This document shows positions 54,394 to 60,309 of a stretch of DNA of 60,309 bases, piece after piece. The notes beneath the pieces were generated by a model that worked only from the letters and a program-made list of their open reading frames with translations, had not been told where the DNA came from and did not search any database. Made by a program: the position numbers and the translations under genes. Location: positions 1-60,309 of the forward strand of contig JAJECY010000307.1 in the NCBI GenBank assembly GCA_022821775.1, read 5' to 3'. How positions within the stretch are numbered: the first letter of the stretch is position 1; each line of letters opens with the position of its first letter. Source of the stretch: Acidobacteriota bacterium. Its GTDB lineage: Bacteria; Acidobacteriota; Terriglobia; Versatilivoradales; Versatilivoraceae.

Positions 54394-55959
54394 ATGCCTC
54401 AGCCGGAATCGGAAGCAGCCGTCCCCGGCCCGCCCGCGGACCAGGCGGCCCGGCAAGAGCCGCGCATCGACGATCCCCCGGCGGCGCTGTGGTCGCGCAA
54501 CCCGCTGGCCTGGTTTCGCTTCTTCGGCCCCGGCGCCATCGTGGCCTCGGTGACGGTGGGCAGCGGAGAGATCGTCTTCCCCTCCCGGGGCGGCGCCCTC
54601 TTCGGCTACCAGCTTCTGTGGATCTACCCGGCGGTGGCCCTGCTGAAGTGGGGCATGGCCTATGCCAGCATGCGCCACATGATCCTCAGCGGCGCCCATC
54701 CCTTCCAGCGTTGGACCCACCTGCCCGGCCCCCGCGGATGGCTCCCCCTGTCCATCGTGACGGTGTCCGTCCTCTGCCTGCCGCTCTGGTACTCCTGGCT
54801 GTCCGGCATCCTGGGAACCCACTGCGCCCAGGTCTCGGGCTTTGCCGACCACTGCTTCTGGGCCACCGCCTGGGCGCTGGTGGCCATGGCCCTGCTGTGG
54901 CGGGGCGGCTACCGTTTTCTGGAGAAGGCCCAGCTCCTCATCCTGGCCATCATGCTGCTGGCGGTCTTCGTGGCCGTCTTCTTCGTTCGGCCCGACTGGC
55001 TGGAGGCCCTCGAGGGGTTCCTGGTTCCCCATGCCCTGCAGTACCCCGACTGGGCCTTCCAGGTGGTCCCCAAGCTGAGCCGGCGCTCCGAGTGGGTGGA
55101 AGTGCTGGTCTACGTGGCCGTCATCGGCGGGGGTACCGAAGACTACCTCGCCTACGTGGCCTTCCTGCGGGAAAAACGCTGGGGGCGCAGCCACCTGCCG
55201 CCCGTGGCCGGCAGTCGACTGCAGGAGGTGGCCGCCCGCGGGAACCACCCTGGACGGATCTGGATTCGGGCGGCGCTGATCGACACGGTCACCAGCTTCG
55301 TCTGCGTGGTCCTGATCGCGGTGGCCTTCACCCTCATGGGAACGCTCATCCTGCAGCCCCAGCGGCTGGTCCCGGACGGACTGGAGCTGGTCAGCTACCA
55401 GGCGGCCTTCCTGACCGGCCTGGCCGCCTGGCTCAAGCCGCTCTACGACCTGGCCATCTTCCTGGCCTTCTTCGGCATCCTGCTGGGCGGGCCCGAGATG
55501 GCCTACCGGCTCTGGTCCGCCTACCTGGAAAGCGTTCCCGCGCTGGCCCGCCGGGTGAAACCCCGGCTGGTTCGGGCCGCCGCCATCGGCTGGACGCTCC
55601 TCCCGGCCCTGATCATTCTCTGGACCCTCCGTTGGCTGCAGCAAACCGGGGCGGTGGAGCCGGGGTTCGACCTGCTCGACCTGGTCACCCCGGCCGGCAT
55701 CTTCACCAGCTTCGTGGCCAGCTTCTTCTGTTTCGCCAACCTCTGGGCCGACCGAAGGTTCCTTCCGCCGCCACTGCGGGCTCCCCTGTTCCTCCAGGCC
55801 GTCAACCTGGCGGCCGGAAGCGCCTTCCTGTTCACCGCCGTCCGGGCCATGGCAAGCTACCAGGGGGTGCTGGGCTACGGATTCCTCCTCCTGCTGCTGG
55901 CCGGCTGCATGCTGGCGGCCTGGAGAATGCAGTCCCTGCACGAGGAAAGCCCGGCTTGA
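54394..55959 (+). CDS. Nramp-like (APC-fold) membrane transporter
   Basis: FGPGAIVASVTVGSGE, GALFGYQLLW, multiple TM helices; starts 1 nt after the SSS stop. Confidence 0.75.
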   Translation: MPQPESEAAVPGPPADQAARQEPRIDDPPAALWSRNPLAWFRFFGPGAIVASVTVGSGEIVFPSRGGALFGYQLLWIYPAVALLKWGMAYASMRHMILSGAHPFQRWTHLPGPRGWLPLSIVTVSVLCLPLWYSWLSGILGTHCAQVSGFADHCFWATAWALVAMALLWRGGYRFLEKAQLLILAIMLLAVFVAVFFVRPDWLEALEGFLVPHALQYPDWAFQVVPKLSRRSEWVEVLVYVAVIGGGTEDYLAYVAFLREKRWGRSHLPPVAGSRLQEVAARGNHPGRIWIRAALIDTVTSFVCVVLIAVAFTLMGTLILQPQRLVPDGLELVSYQAAFLTGLAAWLKPLYDLAIFLAFFGILLGGPEMAYRLWSAYLESVPALARRVKPRLVRAAAIGWTLLPALIILWTLRWLQQTGAVEPGFDLLDLVTPAGIFTSFVASFFCFANLWADRRFLPPPLRAPLFLQAVNLAAGSAFLFTAVRAMASYQGVLGYGFLLLLLAGCMLAAWRMQSLHEESPA

Positions 55960-56042
55960 GGGGCCGCTGCTGCCAACGGACCGGGTCGCAGCGGGCAGCC
56001 GGGGCTGCGGCAACGGGATGCCCAGGCGGGTGGGGATCAGGC

Positions 56043-59000
56043 TCAGAACGGAATGGACATGCGGAAGCGCACCCCCATGTCCGCGCCCCGGCTGCTCTTC
56101 GCTCGAGTACCCTCCAGCTCCAGGTTCAATGGGTTGGTGTCGGAATCGGTGGGTTGAAGGCCGAACTCGCTCCCGACACTCCATTGCTTCCCGTGGCCGG
56201 TCCAGCGGAGGCGGCTGAAGGGGGTCAACATTCCTCGTCCCTGCAACACCTCCAAACCGTAGGCGGCTTCGCTGTCGATCCGGCTCACGGGAACAAGGCT
56301 CGACGGCAGTCCCCGACCCTGGCCACGGGAATCAGCATAGGAGTGATCCCACAAAGCCGCCCCGCCCCGGCCATTTTGCCCATGAGAGGCGAGGGCTGAC
56401 ATCCGCAGACCCCTCCGCTTGTTCCCCGGATCCCAACTCGCCTGCAGGCCGGCTCCCCAGTCCTGGTAGCCGCCATCGTGAAACAGCAACATTCGCCCCT
56501 GCAGGGCCAGACCCAGGCCTGTCGGGCTATCGATGAACCCCAGGCGCAAACCGCTTTCCACAGACGTGCCGTGCACCGCTTCCCCTCGATCCAGTCGGCC
56601 GCCGATTTCGCTTTTCAGGCTGAAGGAACGCTTCCTGCCGCCGCGTTGGTGAATGACCTCCAGCATGGCCCGCGCTCGCGATGCTTTCCCGTATACCTCA
56701 CCAATCCGCTCAAACGGGTCGATCCCGATGTTGGACATGAATCCATCCACGCGAAGGCCCAACTCATTGTTGCCGGGCCTGGTCAAAAGCGAACGCAGCC
56801 CCCCGGCCCACATCCGAAATTCGGCGTTGAAGATGTGCGCCAGCCGGGGGTCCCGTATGTCGACAGAACCGCGTCCCACACCCCCGATGCCCCAGAGGCT
56901 GAGGCGGCGGTGGGGCTGCCAGTGCAGGTAGGGATGAAACGTGTTGAAACTGGCCGCCAACCGCCCCTCTCGACTGTCGCTATATTTCATCGAGCCCCAG
57001 CTTCGAGCAAAGGACAGTCCGGTCAGTAACTGCCGGTTGGAAAGAAGGTCCATCCCGACGTGGGTCGCCCCAAGTCCTCCACGGAATTCGATCTGGGAGC
57101 TGTTTCCGTCGAAGTGCTGGAAATCGCCGTGGCCCCACAACACGGGTCGCCGATAGCTACCGGCAAAGGCATTGCCTGCAAGAGGGAAGCCGAATGATGT
57201 GCCAGAAAGGATCGGTCCCGTTTCAGGTCCTCCGGAAGCATCCAGTCCCGGCGAATGCCGGGATCGATCCTGATGGTAGGTGGGCATCCACCAGCCCTGT
57301 TCCTGCTTCATGCGTTGCAACTGGCGCCAGCGTTCGAAACGGGATTCAATGGCAGTCTGAGCGCTCTCCGCCAGCGCCCCCGACATGGCCGACATGAGCA
57401 CTGGAAGTGCACGGGTGAGTTCTTCGGCGGTGAGATCGGTAATGGTAACCCTGAGCGGTGTGACAGAAATGCTCTCATAGTGTGGATCGTAACTATTGGC
57501 GCTATGGCTGAACACTTCGTTTTCATCCAGGGTGTTTTCGTCGTAGAAGGTATCGAATCCCACGGCTTGAGCGATGTTCCAGTTGTCCTGGGTAAAGGTT
57601 ACCTGATCGATGATGGCGGTCAGCATCTTGGGGTTGGAGCTCAAGATGGAAACAGTCACGGTGGCCATTGGTTGAGAGAGCAGAACGACGGTATAGGTCG
57701 CGGATTCGCCCTCGGGAACGCTCATGTGCGGGTTGGGAACGACTTTGACCCCGGCGTTGTCGTCGTCGTTAATGTCGACCGAAACTGTGGGGACGGGAAT
57801 CCCGTGATAGGTGGGATCGGAACTGGTGGCCGAAAAGGTCAACGTGCCGACCTCGTGGGTAGCATCATCATCCTTGGAAACCGGAACCGACACCTGTTGA
57901 GTGGTGGACCAGGTTGCCGGGCTGAAGGTCAACGAGACCGGCAAGGTGGAGATGTCGCTGTTGTTGCTTCTCAGGGAGAGACGAACCTCTTCCGAGGGCT
58001 TGCTTGTCAGCACTACCGTGACGGTCCCGGAGTCTCCCTCCGATAGGGTGAGTTCTCGGGGAGAGACGCTCACCCCGACCGCGTCATCATCGATGACCGA
58101 TACCGAAACATCCGGGACCGCCATACCGCCATACGCGCTGTCCGAGCTGGTGGTCGAGTGGCCCAGGATAGCGATGTCGTCCACGGCGTCCGGATCCTGC
58201 AGGGCTTGAACGGTGACTGTCTGGGGCTCATCCCAGTTTGAAACGTCAAAGGTCAAGGAGTCGGGCCGTGGAACAACGTCCTCGTCTCCTCGCCGTTCAA
58301 CCTCAACCACGACGTCCCGAGACGGCTTCGAGGTCAGTACCACGGTGTAGGTCCGGGAACCTCCCTCGTCAATGGTGAGATTCAGGGGAGAGACAGCCAC
58401 CCCCGCAGAATCAAGGTCGCCGACCGTGATCCGCACCGGGTCAACCGGCGCACCGTCATAGGTCGAATCGGCACTGGTCGCCGAGTGACTCAAGGTAGCG
58501 ACGTCGTCGACCGCATCCGAATCCGGGGAGGCCCGTACGGTTACGGTCCCCGGGTTATCCCATTCCGAAGGCTCAAAGGAAACCTGGTCCACATTCGCGG
58601 ATATGTCCGGGTCACCGTTATGGCTAAGCACGACGACAACCGGCTGGGACGGCCTCGACGTCAGCGCCACCGTATAGGTTGTGGAGGCGTCCTCGGGCAT
58701 TTCCAATCGGGTTGGTGTGACCTTCACACGGGCGGAGTCATTGTCGCTGACCCTGATCACTACCTCCTCCACGGGAGTTCCCTGGTAGGTTGGGTCCGCA
58801 CTGGTGGCGGCATGGCTGAACCGGGCTTTTTCGTCAAGGGCATCATCGTCTTGAGCCGCCTGTGCCCGCACTGTCTGCGGAGCGTTCCAATCATTCGGGG
58901 CAAAGGTCAGCGAGGCCGGCGAAGGAGTCAGATCTCGGTTATCACTACTTACTGCGAGATAGACGGTGTTTGCGGGCCTGCTCTTCAGCACAACGGTGTA

Positions 59001-60309
59001 GGTTCCCGACGCGCCTTCAGGAACTGACAAGGTGGTGGGAGTTATACTGACACCAGCCAGGTCATCATCACCTACAGAGATCCGCACATCGCTCAAAACC
59101 AAGCCATCATAGGCCCCATCGGAGCTGGTGGATGAGTGGACCAACGTTGCGGTGTCATTGACCGCGTCGTCGTCGGGCAGGGCCTCGACCCTTACAGCCT
59201 GAGGTTCGTTCCAATTAGTTGCCGCAAAGGTCAGGGAGCCTGCATCGATGCCGACGTCAGGGTCCCCGCTGTGGGTGATGACGACGGTCACGTCGTGGGT
59301 GGGTTGCGAAGTCAGGACCATCTGGTAGTGGTCACTTCCTCCTTCGGAGATGGTCAGTAGTGTTGGCGTAATCGACACATTGGTCGTCTCGTCGTCTGTG
59401 GCAGTGACGTTTACTTCCGGAACCTTGGTCCCGTCGTAGTCCGCATCGGTGCTGGCTGCCGTGTGGCTGAACGTCCCCGTGTCATTGATGGCGTCGTCAT
59501 CCTGCAAGGCCAAGACGGTCACCGTTTGAGCCGTGTCCCAATCGGAAGACGAAAATGTCAGCCTGTCCGTGTTGCTGTCTATTTCTGCATCCCCATTGTG
59601 ACTGATCATGACCTTTACGTCGTGGGCGGGTTGGGAGGTCAGGACTACCTGGTAGCCGCCACTGCCTCCTTCGGAGATGGTCAGCTCCGTCGGTGTAATT
59701 GAAACGCTGGCCGTGTCATCGTCGGCGACGGAGACGTCCACATCCAAAACCGTGGTTCCGTTGTAGTCCGCATCGGTGCTGACTGCCGCATGGCTGAATG
59801 TCCCCGTGTCATCGATGGCGTCGTGATCCTGCAAGGCCAAGACCGTCACCGTCTGCGCCGTGTCCCAGTCGGAGCCAGTGAAGATCAATTCTTGGTCATG
59901 GATGCTGATGTCCCCGTCGCCGCTGGGACTGATGGTGATGGCCACTTCATGGGTAGGTTGCGAGGTCAGGACCACCTCATAGCTGTCGCTGCCTCCTTCG
60001 GAGATGGTCAGCTCCGTTGGTGTGATTGACACGCCGGCCGTCTCATCGTCGGTGACGGAGACGTCCACATCCAAAACCGTAGTTCCGTTGTAGTCCGCAT
60101 CGGTGCTGACTGCCGTGTGGCTGAATGTCCCCGTGTCATCGATGGCGTCGTCATCCTGCAAAGCCAAGACCGTCACCGTCTGCGCCGTGTCCCAGTCGGA
60201 GTCAGTGAAGGTCAACTCCTGGTCATGGATGCTGATGTCCCCGTCGCCGCTGGGACTGATGGTGATGGCCACTTCATGGGTAGGTTGCGAGGTCAGGACC
60301 ACCTCATAG
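56043..60309 (-). CDS. Autotransporter-like adhesin with tandem ~106-aa Calx-beta/cadherin-like repeats (5' end beyond window)
   Basis: At least nine VxITPTxLxxxEGxSxxYxVVLTSxP...LTFxxxxW...QTVxV...DDDA repeats; helical linker; C-terminal barrel (WGHGD, FHPYLHW, ending in F). Confidence 0.85.
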   Translation of the reverse strand, partial: YEVVLTSQPTHEVAITISPSGDGDISIHDQELTFTDSDWDTAQTVTVLALQDDDAIDDTGTFSHTAVSTDADYNGTTVLDVDVSVTDDETAGVSITPTELTISEGGSDSYEVVLTSQPTHEVAITISPSGDGDISIHDQELIFTGSDWDTAQTVTVLALQDHDAIDDTGTFSHAAVSTDADYNGTTVLDVDVSVADDDTASVSITPTELTISEGGSGGYQVVLTSQPAHDVKVMISHNGDAEIDSNTDRLTFSSSDWDTAQTVTVLALQDDDAINDTGTFSHTAASTDADYDGTKVPEVNVTATDDETTNVSITPTLLTISEGGSDHYQMVLTSQPTHDVTVVITHSGDPDVGIDAGSLTFAATNWNEPQAVRVEALPDDDAVNDTATLVHSSTSSDGAYDGLVLSDVRISVGDDDLAGVSITPTTLSVPEGASGTYTVVLKSRPANTVYLAVSSDNRDLTPSPASLTFAPNDWNAPQTVRAQAAQDDDALDEKARFSHAATSADPTYQGTPVEEVVIRVSDNDSARVKVTPTRLEMPEDASTTYTVALTSRPSQPVVVVLSHNGDPDISANVDQVSFEPSEWDNPGTVTVRASPDSDAVDDVATLSHSATSADSTYDGAPVDPVRITVGDLDSAGVAVSPLNLTIDEGGSRTYTVVLTSKPSRDVVVEVERRGDEDVVPRPDSLTFDVSNWDEPQTVTVQALQDPDAVDDIAILGHSTTSSDSAYGGMAVPDVSVSVIDDDAVGVSVSPRELTLSEGDSGTVTVVLTSKPSEEVRLSLRSNNSDISTLPVSLTFSPATWSTTQQVSVPVSKDDDATHEVGTLTFSATSSDPTYHGIPVPTVSVDINDDDNAGVKVVPNPHMSVPEGESATYTVVLLSQPMATVTVSILSSNPKMLTAIIDQVTFTQDNWNIAQAVGFDTFYDENTLDENEVFSHSANSYDPHYESISVTPLRVTITDLTAEELTRALPVLMSAMSGALAESAQTAIESRFERWRQLQRMKQEQGWWMPTYHQDRSRHSPGLDASGGPETGPILSGTSFGFPLAGNAFAGSYRRPVLWGHGDFQHFDGNSSQIEFRGGLGATHVGMDLLSNRQLLTGLSFARSWGSMKYSDSREGRLAASFNTFHPYLHWQPHRRLSLWGIGGVGRGSVDIRDPRLAHIFNAEFRMWAGGLRSLLTRPGNNELGLRVDGFMSNIGIDPFERIGEVYGKASRARAMLEVIHQRGGRKRSFSLKSEIGGRLDRGEAVHGTSVESGLRLGFIDSPTGLGLALQGRMLLFHDGGYQDWGAGLQASWDPGNKRRGLRMSALASHGQNGRGGAALWDHSYADSRGQGRGLPSSLVPVSRIDSEAAYGLEVLQGRGMLTPFSRLRWTGHGKQWSVGSEFGLQPTDSDTNPLNLELEGTRAKSSRGADMGVRFRMSIPF

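Noticed and set aside
47234-60309. Diversity-generating retroelement acting on the LRR or adhesin repeats
   Set aside because: No reverse transcriptase gene and no template/variable repeat pair with adenine-specific mismatches was seen.

Overview
GC-rich bacterial window, probably a whole contig because both ends fall inside repetitive or paralogous surface-protein genes. The gene content suggests an Acidobacteriota-like, possibly host- or sponge-associated organism; this is inferred from the Oar-type TonB receptor, decaheme cytochrome plus porin, DUF1501/DUF1549-DUF1553 cluster, plant-type LRR protein and Calx-beta-like autotransporter. Core genes include a split glutaminase plus NadE NAD synthetase, rsmI, aminotransferases, a truncated glmU plus glmS, an AAA+/vWA pair, tRNA-Ser(GCT), an ABC-F ATPase and several transporters. 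The most notable unexplained structures are: (1) a small islet after tRNA-Ser encoding a signal-peptide-less subtilase plus a stand-alone copy of its own propeptide fold (candidate protease/inhibitor toxin-antitoxin or defence module) and a broken Fic gene; (2) a transposase-free array of toxin-antitoxin modules separated and bracketed by a 116-bp element with perfect 25-bp terminal inverted repeats, including a decayed TA copy whose deletions leave open frames; (3) a shared ~480-500 aa C-terminal module on secreted proteins with unrelated N-terminal cargo (two complete genes plus the tail of a third); (4) nested palindromic and tandem intergenic repeat elements. No CRISPR array, rRNA or intact transposase/integrase was seen. 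All family calls come from motif recognition by eye; no searches were run.
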